DNA of 64,000 nucleotides. It comes from Thermodesulfobacteriota bacterium (GTDB lineage: Bacteria > Desulfobacterota > WTBG01 > JAGOGO01). The notes below the pieces were generated by a model. It saw nothing but the letters and a program-made list of their open reading frames with translations. It was not told where the DNA came from and made no database searches. Positions 9,485 through 19,918 of this stretch are shown here, piece by piece. Location: NCBI GenBank assembly GCA_026625185.1, contig CP113000.1, positions 1,623,161 to 1,687,160 on the forward strand, read 5' to 3'. Positions within the stretch are counted from its first letter, which is position 1. The number at the start of each line of letters is the position of its first letter. Position numbers and translations under genes: made by a program.

Positions 9485-10552
9485 CTATCCGGTAGGAATC
9501 GTCACAACGGGAGCGCTTCCTTTTTCTCCGGTCTCCACCAGGGTGAATACGAACATCAGAAAGGAAAAATTTTTTTTGGACCTTAAGTCGCGGTCGTCGA
9601 TCCAGTAATAAGAGTTACGATAGGGGATTTCAACAAAAGCATCGCCGGGTTTTTCCGATGAACTCTGAATTCTGATCAAGGGCAAAATCTTTTCCCCGGA
9701 GATCGCGTTTTCCACACGAGTCGGACTTACCCGCTTCTCCTCCACATGGGCGACCGGAACCTCAATATCCGCAGATATATCCACGAGAACCTCCAAAAGC
9801 GACCGCGTAAGGATCGCGATCTCCTTATCATTTTTGGGAATAGTCCCATACACCACTTTAAAATCATCGGCCTGAGGGGCTAAGCCCAACATCTTCCGAA
9901 CCTCCATACTCAAAGCATCTATCGTCGGGTCCCGCTTCCCCCGAATAACAATCACGGCGGCTTCTTCCTTGTCGGTTTTTTTGAACCTCATCCCGATACC
10001 CCCTGCCGATTGGATACTCCGCATCTTTTCGATCAGAGAATAAAATTCCGGATCAGCGGACCGAGCTCTCGCTTCCCCCCCATAACGATTCCGAATTCCA
10101 TTGATCTCCTGAACCAGCATCCGAAAGACCAGGTCCACCGGATAGCCGGCCTGCATTAGGCTGAGGATGGCTGAGGGAGGAATGGGGGCCATCAGGCTGC
10201 GCGCAAATTTATCTCCCAGAATGGGGGTGTAGGTGATGGTCGGGCGGTCCGCATACTGTCCGGTTGTTCCCACAACCCCAGAAGTGGTCCAGGGTTTGGT
10301 GTTAAGGGTTGCTCCCAAATTGATTTGCCCCGCAATTTGGTACTGGCTGATCACCGAAGAAACGTCCAGAAAAACCGGGGCATCCCCATAACGTAATTTA
10401 ACCAGGTTAAAAAGCATCTGGTGCTTCCACGAATCGGAAATGGCCGTTGTATAATCGAACCGGTCCCGGTCAACTGTGTGAGGCCCGATTCCCGCACAGC
10501 CGGAAAGCAGCAATAATAAACACAACAAAAATGCCTTTAATCGCAACATCAA
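9485..10552 (-). CDS. Hypothetical lipoprotein
   Basis: The 355-aa ORF has a signal peptide with lipobox LLSGC. I recognise no catalytic motif. Confidence 0.55.
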   Translation of the reverse strand: MMLRLKAFLLCLLLLLSGCAGIGPHTVDRDRFDYTTAISDSWKHQMLFNLVKLRYGDAPVFLDVSSVISQYQIAGQINLGATLNTKPWTTSGVVGTTGQYADRPTITYTPILGDKFARSLMAPIPPSAILSLMQAGYPVDLVFRMLVQEINGIRNRYGGEARARSADPEFYSLIEKMRSIQSAGGIGMRFKKTDKEEAAVIVIRGKRDPTIDALSMEVRKMLGLAPQADDFKVVYGTIPKNDKEIAILTRSLLEVLVDISADIEVPVAHVEEKRVSPTRVENAISGEKILPLIRIQSSSEKPGDAFVEIPYRNSYYWIDDRDLRSKKNFSFLMFVFTLVETGEKGSAPVVTIPTG

Positions 10553-10583
10553 AGCCTCCTGTGCCTATATATTATAAGAAGAT

Positions 10584-12068
10584 TCAACTTTTCGGCAGCC
10601 ATGAGGTCAGGACATGAAATCCCCAGGGGGGAAGTTCTACGTACAATCCGGGGTTGCACATCTCGTCTCCACTTCGTTCGTACCTTTGTCCGGTAAAGAG
10701 GTCGGTCATCTGCCATGACGTGCCCATAAGTTCATCCCAGGGAAGCTGCACCCGTCCTTGCGCGCTGGCGTCAGAGAGATTCACGACAACCAGGCATCGT
10801 TCCCCCACACCGTGCCAGCACCATCCCAAAAGGTTCAGGTAGCTTTGATTATCCGGCCAGCCACTTCGGTCACAGAGATGCCAAGTACCTTCACGAATTG
10901 CAGGAACGTTGATAGTGTTTAAAAGTTTTTGGTAGAAGTCTCGAAGATCTGCGTCGATCAGTTCTTCAGGCCTTCGGCCCAGAAATACGGGAAGCTTGAC
11001 TTTTCGTCCGTCAAACTGTCCTTCATGAAAAAGCTTCGCTCCCGGCAAAGTTGAAGTCGTGACCGCAGTCACCCGCTCTTTCTCCGGGGAAAAGGTCGAG
11101 GCTGCCCGGGGCTCATCATGGTTTTCGATGAAGCGGACCAGTTTTTTCTGGTAGGCGAGGTCAGCGCAAAGGTGGAGCCGCACGCTCTCCGCGGTATCGT
11201 GTTCCAGGCGGTCGTACAAGCGCTTGTCGTAACAAAAGTCGAATCCCTGCTGCTGGAGTTCCCATTCGAGGTCCCAATAAGCCTCGGCCATAAAAAGGAA
11301 ATCCGGATGTGCTTTCTTTGTGGAGGAAATCACATCAACCCAGTACTCGGTTGCGGGCCGTTGACCCGCGTGGCTACCCCAGGTACGTTCGAAGATAGAG
11401 TTGATGAGAAGCATCGCCATGTCGCAGCGCAGCCCATCGCACTGGCCGGCGATATCCGAAAGGGTCTCAATCACCTTATCGCGGAGTCCATCTTGAAAGG
11501 CATTCAGTTGCAGCACATCCGGCCACGCCGGAAAGTAAGGATCCCGGCCGCAGGCAAACACCTTTCCTTCCGTCTCAATGAAGGACGCCGGATTGTTCCT
11601 CGCATCATCAGCGCTCCCCTGAACGAAGTATTCAGGATGGTTGATGACCCAGGGATGGTCCGGTGCCACGTGGTTCGGAACGAAATCGAGGATAAGCCTG
11701 ATCCCCCGCTGGGCGAGTTCTCTCCGGGCAATTGCCAGGCCTTCGGGACCTCCCAGGTGTTCGTCAACCACGTATCGTCGCACACAATAAGGAGACCCCA
11801 CGTTATCCTCTGACCGATAATCGGAAAGGGCCCGCCAAAAGTCTTGAAGGAGACCCTGGTTCTGATTCGCAATGGCGATACCCGCAGGGCTTCGCTCCCA
11901 GACACCCATGAACCAGACTGCGTCAACCTTCAAATCGGCGATGCCGTCCCACTTCTCTCGCGGTACCTCGTCTAAAGTTACCGGACTTTTGTATTCCTGG
12001 CTCAATTCCTCCAGCCAAACCCAGGTATTGATTTCATAGATAACCGGATGTTTCGGCCATGGGTTCAT
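10584..12068 (-). CDS. GH13 alpha-amylase-family glycoside hydrolase
   Basis: All four conserved GH13 regions are present: DFVPNHV (I), GLRCDMA (II, nucleophile Asp), MAEAYWD (III, catalytic Glu) and FIENHDE (IV). Confidence 0.8.
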   Translation of the reverse strand: MNPWPKHPVIYEINTWVWLEELSQEYKSPVTLDEVPREKWDGIADLKVDAVWFMGVWERSPAGIAIANQNQGLLQDFWRALSDYRSEDNVGSPYCVRRYVVDEHLGGPEGLAIARRELAQRGIRLILDFVPNHVAPDHPWVINHPEYFVQGSADDARNNPASFIETEGKVFACGRDPYFPAWPDVLQLNAFQDGLRDKVIETLSDIAGQCDGLRCDMAMLLINSIFERTWGSHAGQRPATEYWVDVISSTKKAHPDFLFMAEAYWDLEWELQQQGFDFCYDKRLYDRLEHDTAESVRLHLCADLAYQKKLVRFIENHDEPRAASTFSPEKERVTAVTTSTLPGAKLFHEGQFDGRKVKLPVFLGRRPEELIDADLRDFYQKLLNTINVPAIREGTWHLCDRSGWPDNQSYLNLLGWCWHGVGERCLVVVNLSDASAQGRVQLPWDELMGTSWQMTDLFTGQRYERSGDEMCNPGLYVELPPWGFHVLTSWLPKS

Positions 12069-14821
12069 TTCTTCACCTCACCTTCAGATTTTCCACGAAT
12101 GAATGTCCCAACCTTGCCGGCCTCAAGCAGCTTTTGGGGATCGAGAAGTCCAAAGAGCTGGATCAGCTTGGCGACCACTCCGGTCCATCCCGTCTGGTGG
12201 CTTGCGCCCAGGCCCGCGCCGTTGTCGCCGTGGAAGTATTCGTAGAAGAGGATATGATCACGCCAGTGGGGGTCGGACTGCAATTTCTCCGTGCCGCCGT
12301 AGAGGGGGCGCTTACCCTGTTCATTACGCAGGAAGATTCGAGTGAGGCGGTCGGCGATCTCCTTACTCACCTCGAAAAGGTTCATCAGCCTGCCTGAACC
12401 GGTCGGGCACTCGATCTTGAAGTTGTCGCCGTAATACAGGTAGAAGCTCAGTAGCGCCCGGATAATCATCGCGTTAACCGGCATCCAGATTGGCCCTCGC
12501 CAGTTGGAATTGCCGCCGAACATGCCGGTGTTCGACTCGGCCGGCAAATAGTCCACCCGGTACTCATGTCCCTCGACATGGAAGATGAAGGGGTGCTTCT
12601 CGTGGAACTTGGAGAGTGAGCGGATACCGTAGGGGCTTAGAAACTCATTCTCGTCGAGCATTTTCGAGAGAATCCGCCGGAGTCGCTCCGGGTTGACTAG
12701 GGCAATGATCCCCCGGTCGGCCACGCCGAGATGACCCGGGCCGGTAGGGTGGATGGTCTCCAAGAGTTCGGGAATGCGGCGCACACGTTTCAGGAGCAAA
12801 GCCAGCGCCCGCGGGACGCGCTCCCGCTGCCACTCTTCGACAACCGTGGTAGCACACAGGGGCAGGAGTCCCACCATGGAGCGCACCTTGAGCCGCGTGG
12901 CGCTGCCGTCGGGAAGGCACAGGAGGTCGTAGTAGAAGCCGTCCTCCTCGTCCCACATGCCATCTTGGCCGGGACGGTTCATGGCATAGGCGATATAGTA
13001 GAAGTGCTCTGCGAACTTCAGGACCATGTCCTCGTAGGTGTGGTCATGAGCGGCAAGCTCAACCGCGAGCTCCAGCATGTTTTGGCTGAAAAAGGCCATC
13101 CAGGCCGTGCCGTCCGCCTGCTCAAGGTGACCGCCGGTGGGAAGCGGGGCGCTGCGATCGAAGACGCCGATGTTGTCGAGGCCGAGGAAGCCCCCCTCGA
13201 ACACGTTTTTGCCGAACCGGTCCTTGCGGTTCACCCACCAAGTGAAGTTCAGCAGCAGTTTATTGAACGCAGCCCTGAGGAAATCGAAATCGGTCTCGCC
13301 GCGCAGGGCCTGCTCGGTGCGGTGGAGAAAAAGTGTCGCGAAGGCGTGGACCGGGGGGTTCACGTCGCTAAAGTTCCACTCATAGGCGGGCATCTGTCCG
13401 CTGGGGTGCAGATAGACGCCCTTGAGCATCAGTTTCATCTGCTCCTTGGCGAAGTCCGGATCAACGATCGTGATCGGCAGCGTGTGGAAAGCCAGGTCCC
13501 AGGCCGCATACCACGGATACTCCCACTTGTCGGGCATGGAGATGATGTCCTCGTTCAGCATGTGGAACCACTCAGAGTTGCGGGCGTTTTTATAGCCGGT
13601 ATGGAGGGGGTTGGAGTGGTGTTCGTCCAGCCAGTTGTCACCGTCGAAGAAGAAGAACTGTTTGGTCCAAAGCATGCCGGCGATCGCCTGGCGCATCACG
13701 TTGGCCGCGTCTTCACTCACTGATGGCGGGGTGACCGACCGGTAAAACTCATCAGCTTCACGGAGCCGGTCAGCAAAGACTTTATCAAAATCCTTGCCAA
13801 AGGGTTTGCTTTTCTGGTCCGGAAAACTGTGGGAGAGCCGCAGGCGAATCATTTCGGCCTGACCGGCGCCGACATTGATCCGGTAGTGCGCCGCGACCTT
13901 GGTGCCCTGCTTGCCGGGGTTTACTGCCTCCTGCCGGCCTAGCACCACGCAGTCGTTGATGCCGTCCTTGACGTAGGGGCTCTCGTTCTTTTGCCCGAAA
14001 AGCCGCTCGTGGTTGGTTTCGTTCTCGGTGAAGAGCAGCGGCACAACTCCTTCGCAGGAAAGGATGAATTCACCCAGCAGCGGATGAGCCGCCGCGGCCG
14101 CGCTCGCGCCTGCCGGTGACTTGATCTGCTTGATGCTTGGTTTCGAGGGGGATCGGTTGGATTCGGCAATCCACAGCGACCAGTCATTCCGGAACCACAG
14201 AGTGGGCAGGAGATGCAATTCAGCCGCTTCCGGCCCTCGGTTAATTGCGATAATCTTAATCAGGATGTCCTCTGGGTCAGCCTTGGCATACTCGACGAAA
14301 ACGTCGAAGTAGCGGCCGTCATTGAAGACGCCGGTATCGAGAAGCTCGTACTCCATTTCGTTCCGGGAGCGGGATTTGTTGGTTGCCACCAGATCATGAT
14401 AAGGATAGGCCGACTGGGGATACTTGTAGAGGTATTTCATGTACGAGTGGGTCGGCGTGCTGTCGAGGTAGAAGTAGTACTCCTTTACATCCTCTCCGTG
14501 GTTGCCCTCGCTGTTGGTGAGGCCGAAGAGCCGCTCCTTGAGAATGGGGTCCTTGCCGTTCCAGAGGGCCAGGGCAAAGCAGAGGTGCTGCTTGTCATCG
14601 GAAATGCCGGCGATGCCGTCTTCGCCCCAGCGGTAGGCTCGCGAGCGGGCATGATCATGGGTGAAGAAGTTCCAAGCATCGCCGTTCTCGCTGTAATCTT
14701 CACGAACCGTTCCCCATTGTCTTTCACTCAGGTAGGGCCCCCATTTTTTCCAGGGGATGTTCTTCTGCCGAGCTTCCTCAAGCCTATCTTGTTCCCTTTC
14801 TTTATCAGATATATTCGTCAT
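12065..14821 (-). CDS. Six-hairpin (clan GH-G, GH63/MGH1-like) glycoside hydrolase
   Basis: The 918-aa ORF has the C-terminal [19 protein letters not shown] motif typical of GH63/GH37-type (alpha/alpha)6 glycosidases. Its stop overlaps the GH13 start (ATGA), so the two are translationally coupled. Family assignment is from motif memory only. Confidence 0.55.
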   Translation of the reverse strand: MTNISDKEREQDRLEEARQKNIPWKKWGPYLSERQWGTVREDYSENGDAWNFFTHDHARSRAYRWGEDGIAGISDDKQHLCFALALWNGKDPILKERLFGLTNSEGNHGEDVKEYYFYLDSTPTHSYMKYLYKYPQSAYPYHDLVATNKSRSRNEMEYELLDTGVFNDGRYFDVFVEYAKADPEDILIKIIAINRGPEAAELHLLPTLWFRNDWSLWIAESNRSPSKPSIKQIKSPAGASAAAAAHPLLGEFILSCEGVVPLLFTENETNHERLFGQKNESPYVKDGINDCVVLGRQEAVNPGKQGTKVAAHYRINVGAGQAEMIRLRLSHSFPDQKSKPFGKDFDKVFADRLREADEFYRSVTPPSVSEDAANVMRQAIAGMLWTKQFFFFDGDNWLDEHHSNPLHTGYKNARNSEWFHMLNEDIISMPDKWEYPWYAAWDLAFHTLPITIVDPDFAKEQMKLMLKGVYLHPSGQMPAYEWNFSDVNPPVHAFATLFLHRTEQALRGETDFDFLRAAFNKLLLNFTWWVNRKDRFGKNVFEGGFLGLDNIGVFDRSAPLPTGGHLEQADGTAWMAFFSQNMLELAVELAAHDHTYEDMVLKFAEHFYYIAYAMNRPGQDGMWDEEDGFYYDLLCLPDGSATRLKVRSMVGLLPLCATTVVEEWQRERVPRALALLLKRVRRIPELLETIHPTGPGHLGVADRGIIALVNPERLRRILSKMLDENEFLSPYGIRSLSKFHEKHPFIFHVEGHEYRVDYLPAESNTGMFGGNSNWRGPIWMPVNAMIIRALLSFYLYYGDNFKIECPTGSGRLMNLFEVSKEIADRLTRIFLRNEQGKRPLYGGTEKLQSDPHWRDHILFYEYFHGDNGAGLGASHQTGWTGVVAKLIQLFGLLDPQKLLEAGKVGTFIRGKSEGEVKK

Positions 14822-15008
14822 TTTTCTCTCCAGTCTTTATAAACCGTTGCATTATATCTGGCTACACCATACTCGTTTTTCTTCGGGCGTCTACCTTTCC
14901 TTATTGATTTTCTTTCACAATATTTAAAAAACAAATACAGTTATCACTGTATTTTGAACTCAAAAATACTGTATTTTCGAAAATTAATATTGTGCCCCCC
15001 CCATTTAT

Positions 15009-16358
15009 CTATCGACCAACAAAGTAAAACATACCCAAAACGTATAGAGCAGCTACCGCTAACTGGCAGAGAGTAACCGGAATGCCGTAGCGCATAAAAG
15101 TTACGAAAGAAACCGGCTTGCCGTTGGCCGCGCAGATACCGGTGCTCACTACGTTGGCGGATGCGCCGATCAGGGTGGCGTTGCCTCCCAACGTTGCAGC
15201 GAACATCATGGCCACGAACACCGGGATCGCTCGGGCGGGCCAGTCAATAAACGTGGGATCTAACGCCAGGTCAGGAACAAGCTGGGCGATCACCATGTAT
15301 CCTTTCACCATGAGCAGCATTGCCGCCACTATGGGAATATTGGCGAGCAAACTCGATGAAAAACCCACTCCTCCAATTATGATCAATGAAATGAGCACCA
15401 GATTGGTGCCAAACCAGGTGTAAAGATTCTGCGATAAAGTTTCCAGGATTCCGGTCTTGGTAAATGCCTGCACCAGACAGAATAAGCAGGTGAGGAAAAT
15501 AATCGTTTGCCAGTCAATGTCTTTCAGGACGTTGGTGAGCGGCTCGACTTTTGCGGCATAAATGACGAGCAGTGCCAGAGTCGCGGCGATGATCGCCACC
15601 CCCGGCGGTACAATCTTCCACGGAACCTTATCCCCGAAAATGAAAAGAAGCACCATCACCAGAAGCACCATGAGCGAAAACGCCGCAAACCAGGGTCGCT
15701 CCAAAGGTTTTGCCCGGAGATTCACGGGCAATGGCCGTCGCACCTGCCATATGTTCTTCATGAGCTTGGGCATAAGAGGAATAATGGAGAGGAGCGCGAG
15801 CAACCCTCCCAGACTCACCTTCTGCAGGTACCCACTGAATGTCATGCCGATTGAACTCCCCACCAGAAACGTGGCCGGGTCTCCCACCAGGGTGAGCATG
15901 CCGGCGGAGTTGCTGATGATGGCGGTCACCAACAGGGGGCCGACAAAATCAATTTCCAGGGCGGTGGCAACCCGGATGATGATGGGAGCAAGAATGATTA
16001 CGGTGGTGGCATTGGGGAGCACGGCACAGAGAGGAGCGACCAGGACAAACAGACCCAGAAGAAACCGCTTACCGCTTCCTCTGGTGGCCCGCAAAAAGGC
16101 GGTGCCAATGTACTCAAAAATACCGGTTGGGACGAGGGTGCGGGCCACCACCATGCCTCCAAAAAGCAGCGCAATCGTTCCCTCGGCTGTCTTGCTAATC
16201 GAAATCACATCCTCAGCGGTAAAGATTCCCAGCACAATTAGCGTGCTCACCCCCATCAGAGCCGCAAGCATCATGTCTATCAGGTCAAAGGCGATCAGCA
16301 GGATGACACTGGCAAAAACAATCAGGGTTATCGTTGCAGGAAAATCAAATGGTCCCAT
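15009..16358 (-). CDS. ArsB/NhaD-superfamily ion transporter permease
   Basis: The protein has roughly 12 TMs and NhaD/ArsB-like repeats. The start is set at the internal Met (MGPFDFP), which is preceded by an AAGGAAG RBS. The longer ORF would overlap the upstream gene. Confidence 0.65.
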   Translation of the reverse strand: MGPFDFPATITLIVFASVILLIAFDLIDMMLAALMGVSTLIVLGIFTAEDVISISKTAEGTIALLFGGMVVARTLVPTGIFEYIGTAFLRATRGSGKRFLLGLFVLVAPLCAVLPNATTVIILAPIIIRVATALEIDFVGPLLVTAIISNSAGMLTLVGDPATFLVGSSIGMTFSGYLQKVSLGGLLALLSIIPLMPKLMKNIWQVRRPLPVNLRAKPLERPWFAAFSLMVLLVMVLLFIFGDKVPWKIVPPGVAIIAATLALLVIYAAKVEPLTNVLKDIDWQTIIFLTCLFCLVQAFTKTGILETLSQNLYTWFGTNLVLISLIIIGGVGFSSSLLANIPIVAAMLLMVKGYMVIAQLVPDLALDPTFIDWPARAIPVFVAMMFAATLGGNATLIGASANVVSTGICAANGKPVSFVTFMRYGIPVTLCQLAVAALYVLGMFYFVGR

Positions 16359-16384
16359 CGGTTCTGTCTTCCTTGAGTGTTGGT

Positions 16385-17443
16385 TTATTGGAACGGTGGG
16401 GCATAAAGCAAGCCGCCGTCTTTCCATAACCGGTTTATGCCCCGCTCAATTTTTAACCCGCTGTCTTTTCCCAAATTCCGCTCATAAATTTCCCCATAGT
16501 TACCCACCGCGGCAATGATGTTTGCAACCCAATCGGGTTTTAGTCCCAGTGTTTTACCACGTTCTCCGCTGTAGTTAATTAACCACCGGACTTGGGGGTC
16601 AGTGGAGGTTCTCTGAAGGGTTCGAACATTTGTGCTGGTGACCCCGAGTTCCTCGGCTTCAATAAGGGCAAAAAGCACCCATCTCACCAGCGTTAACCAG
16701 TCTTCGTCACCACGGCGCACTGCCGGAGCAAGAGGCTCCTTGGAAATTTCACCGGATAGGATTTTGTAACGCTTTATACCGTCGGGAACCGCTGCCCGCA
16801 GTACTGCCAGCACTGAACGCTCGGCAGTACAGGCCTGGCAACGCTCTGTTTTCATAGCTTCACCTAATTCTTTCTGGGAATCAACTACCACGGGAGTATA
16901 TTTTATACCCCTTTTCGAAAAAATATCCGCCAAATTTGAAATAAAAGTTGTTCCCTTCTCCACACAGATCGTCATGCCGTTTAAGTCTTCTATACGTTTT
17001 ACTTTTTTTTTGCTGGCCGGCACCCCAAACGCCTGACCGTCATAGAAATAAACACCGGGGAACTTGATCCCGATTCCTGCCTCGCGGCCGAAGGTCCACG
17101 TGGTGGTGTGGGCAAGAAGGTCAATCTTATTCGAAAGCAGGACCGGGAACCGTTGTGGTGCGCTTAAGGGAACAAACCTCACTTTTGCGGCATCACCCAA
17201 TACCGCCACCGCTACTGCCCGGCAGAAATCAACATTGAATCCACGCCACTCGCCGCCTTGGTCCTGGTAAGCAAAACCCAGCAATTTTTCCGTCACCCCG
17301 CAGCGTATTACCTTGTTTTTGCGAATGCGGTTCAAGGTATCGCCGGCCAAGGCAAATGAAGTAATCAAGGATCCCAGTAACGTAATTAGGCAGGCGGTTA
17401 CAATGATTTTTCTGCAGCTTGAACGATTTTTGATTTCAGCCAT
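16385..17443 (-). CDS. Amino-acid ABC transporter periplasmic binding protein (AapJ/BztA-like), orphan
   Basis: The ORF has a signal peptide and a family-3 SBP fold, similar to the general L-amino-acid binding protein. No cognate permease or ATPase gene is adjacent. Confidence 0.65.
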   Translation of the reverse strand: MAEIKNRSSCRKIIVTACLITLLGSLITSFALAGDTLNRIRKNKVIRCGVTEKLLGFAYQDQGGEWRGFNVDFCRAVAVAVLGDAAKVRFVPLSAPQRFPVLLSNKIDLLAHTTTWTFGREAGIGIKFPGVYFYDGQAFGVPASKKKVKRIEDLNGMTICVEKGTTFISNLADIFSKRGIKYTPVVVDSQKELGEAMKTERCQACTAERSVLAVLRAAVPDGIKRYKILSGEISKEPLAPAVRRGDEDWLTLVRWVLFALIEAEELGVTSTNVRTLQRTSTDPQVRWLINYSGERGKTLGLKPDWVANIIAAVGNYGEIYERNLGKDSGLKIERGINRLWKDGGLLYAPPFQ

Positions 17444-17686
17444 CTTTAGACTCCGAAATTACAAATTAATTCATTAATTCAATTTTGGAAGGAAGTTTTT
17501 CTGCCACTCCAACTCCGACCTTTTCCAGCTCATTTACTGTGAATTTGAAAAAATATTCAACCATATATTACCATCGAAAAGGTTGATTTCTAATGGTCTG
17601 TGGCCGTTAAAATCCTATCACTGATTGTGGAATCTAAATCCACATCACCTCGGCGCAGTTTCGCCGTTGCGTTCCCTTACACCACC

Positions 17687-18283
17687 TTATTTACCGGCAG
17701 CTTGTTCAAAAGTCCGGACAACACTGGCGATGTCTTCGCTCAGGCGCACCAGAGCACGGCTGTGGGCGGCAACCAGAGCAGCATAGCCGCTGGCCTGCAC
17801 GGACTCACGAACGGTTGTGCGCCCGGCCCGCGATTGATTCTCTTTCCGGGCACGCACTGTCCACAGGGCATCGAGGGTTGCCGCTTCGCCGGGCACCGAT
17901 TCGAAACGAAGGGTGTCAATCACGACCCGATAGGATGCGTCGGCAGCCGATGACTGGGGAAACACGGTCACGCTTGGCGTCCCGAGCGCCGAGGCAAGGT
18001 TTTCGGCAACCACCCGTGCGATCTCGCTTTGCAGCGGCGCGGCCCAGCGGTTAAACTCGTCGAAGGTAACTTGGTTGGCCCCGGTCTGCAGCACGATCTG
18101 GGGGCGGTCGACGACAGCAGGTACGGTAACCGGGCCAACAGAGATGGAGTAGCTTGCTGTGCCAGCAGCCGGTTTTGCTCCTGAGCTTAGGGTGTAAAAT
18201 TGGGACGACGGTGTGGAAGCGCAGCCCATCATCACTTCAGCAAGCGCGCAGAAGATAACAAGAGAGAGGAGTCTTTTTATCAT
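17687..18283 (-). CDS. pqiC: PqiC/YmbA-family ABC-transport auxiliary lipoprotein
   Basis: The lipobox is MMGC, followed by the family hallmark SSQFYTL. The gene is about 200 aa and its start overlaps the pqiB stop. Confidence 0.75.
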   Translation of the reverse strand: MIKRLLSLVIFCALAEVMMGCASTPSSQFYTLSSGAKPAAGTASYSISVGPVTVPAVVDRPQIVLQTGANQVTFDEFNRWAAPLQSEIARVVAENLASALGTPSVTVFPQSSAADASYRVVIDTLRFESVPGEAATLDALWTVRARKENQSRAGRTTVRESVQASGYAALVAAHSRALVRLSEDIASVVRTFEQAAGK

Positions 18284-19905
18284 GGTTTCTCCTTTGTCTT
18301 CCCGCGGATCAGGGCCTCGGGATGACGCTCAAGATAGTCAGTGAAAACACGGATCGCCTGCGCGGCGCGGGTCATCTCCTGCAAAGCATCACGCAGATCC
18401 TGCTGCACCGGGGTATCCTTGCCAACCAGGTTGGCATTTGTGCTTTCCAGTACGCGCTTGAGGTCTTCCAGGACGGTCTTCAGCTCAGGAGTGATTTCCG
18501 TGTCGGCGCGCTTCAGTGTCTGGTCAGTCGTCGCTATGAGCTTCTTCAGGTTAACGCCGATGGCCTCGAGGGGCATCTTGTCGATCTTGGCCAGTATGCT
18601 GTTGATCTTATTCTGCAGATCCTGCAGTCCGCCCGGCATCACCGGGAGTTCGGGTGGGGACTTTGTCCAGTTGATCTTAATCTTGGGAGCATCAGGGAAA
18701 AAATCAAAGGCCACATAGAGTTGTCCGGTCACGAGACTTCCGCTCCGCAGTTGCGCCCGTAAGCCCCGGTCAACTATTTTTTGCATCACAGCGCGGCGCT
18801 CTGATTCCTGCTGGGTCTTCTCATCAAAAGCCTTCGATTTCTCAGTCAACAACATCCGCATGCGCATCGGATAGAGCGCAACATCAACGCGCGGGCGGAG
18901 ATTATCCGTCGCGGGGTTGTAATCGAGACCGACCGCGGTAACCTCACCAACCGGCAATCCGAAAAAGGTAACGGGGGCGCCGACAGAGAGTCCGCGAACC
19001 GGCTCGTTGAAATATAGGACGTAGGGCTGAACAATCGTCTCGTGCTTGGCGGTTGCATCCGTGTGGTTATCGTAAAGCGTAAAAACGGAGCCTTCTGTGG
19101 CCGGCTTTTCATCTTGAGCCGAGGAAGGCGCTTCAAAGGCGATCCCTCCGATGAGCAGCGAAAGCACCGACTGAGTTTCAACAGTGATGCCGTTTGCCCC
19201 TAACGATACGTCGACGCCGCTTGCCTGCCAGAAACGCGTGGCGGGGGTGACATAGGTGTCGTAGGGTGCGTTCACGAAAACCTTAATATTGACCGATCTG
19301 CCGTCCGCGGCCAAGTCGTAACCGATGATTTGTCCCACGTTCAGGCGGCGGTAGTAAAGAGGAGAGCCGATCCCCAAAGAACCGAGGTTGTCGGCCTGCA
19401 GCACAAACCGTCGGCCCGGCTCATCGATTTTAATCGCCGGCGGCACTTCGAGGCCGATAAAATTCCGCCTGGCCTTTTTCGATTTTCCCACATCGAACCC
19501 GATGTAGTTGCCCGACAGGAGCGTGCCGATGCCGGAGATCCCGCTGAGTGTGACGCGCGGTTTCTCGATCCAGAATTTGGCGTCCTCGACGATGAGGCCA
19601 GCGGCGCTCTTGTCGATCTTTGCCGTCACCACCACCTTTGCGAAGTCTTTCGAGAGCTTTACTGTCTTCACCTGTCCGATGTTGACGTCCTTGTATCTGA
19701 TGTAGGTCTTTCCCTCCTCGACTCCCTCGGTCGTCTTGAAGACGATGCTGATCGTCGGTCCTTCACTGAGAATCCGCTGGACCGCGATACCGAGGGCAAC
19801 CAGGGCTGCCAGGATGGGGATGATCCACACGACGGAGAACCGCCGGCGTTTTTTGGGTTCGGCCAAGGCTTGTGGAATATTTTTTAGATCAACGTTTTCA
19901 GTCAT
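18280..19905 (-). CDS. pqiB: PqiB (multi-MCE-domain intermembrane transport protein)
   Basis: The protein has an N-terminal TM anchor, tandem MCE domains and a C-terminal helical region. The start is set at MTENVDL, which is preceded by a GAGGAGG RBS. Confidence 0.8.
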   Translation of the reverse strand: MTENVDLKNIPQALAEPKKRRRFSVVWIIPILAALVALGIAVQRILSEGPTISIVFKTTEGVEEGKTYIRYKDVNIGQVKTVKLSKDFAKVVVTAKIDKSAAGLIVEDAKFWIEKPRVTLSGISGIGTLLSGNYIGFDVGKSKKARRNFIGLEVPPAIKIDEPGRRFVLQADNLGSLGIGSPLYYRRLNVGQIIGYDLAADGRSVNIKVFVNAPYDTYVTPATRFWQASGVDVSLGANGITVETQSVLSLLIGGIAFEAPSSAQDEKPATEGSVFTLYDNHTDATAKHETIVQPYVLYFNEPVRGLSVGAPVTFFGLPVGEVTAVGLDYNPATDNLRPRVDVALYPMRMRMLLTEKSKAFDEKTQQESERRAVMQKIVDRGLRAQLRSGSLVTGQLYVAFDFFPDAPKIKINWTKSPPELPVMPGGLQDLQNKINSILAKIDKMPLEAIGVNLKKLIATTDQTLKRADTEITPELKTVLEDLKRVLESTNANLVGKDTPVQQDLRDALQEMTRAAQAIRVFTDYLERHPEALIRGKTKEKP

Positions 19906-19918
19906 TTTCCTCCTCTTG

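Noticed and set aside
12731-13723. Long antisense ORFs inside the GH63-like gene (for example 12731-13723 +) and similar ones inside katG, pqiA and RND genes
   Set aside because: These are typical spurious open frames on the opposite strand of GC-rich genes. They have no start context or known domains.
14930-14990. LexA/SOS box interpretation of the ACAGT...ACTGT repeats upstream of the glycosidase operon
   Set aside because: The orientation and spacing (ACAGT-N4-ACTGT) do not fit the CTGT-N8-ACAG type box. I kept them only as generic operator candidates.
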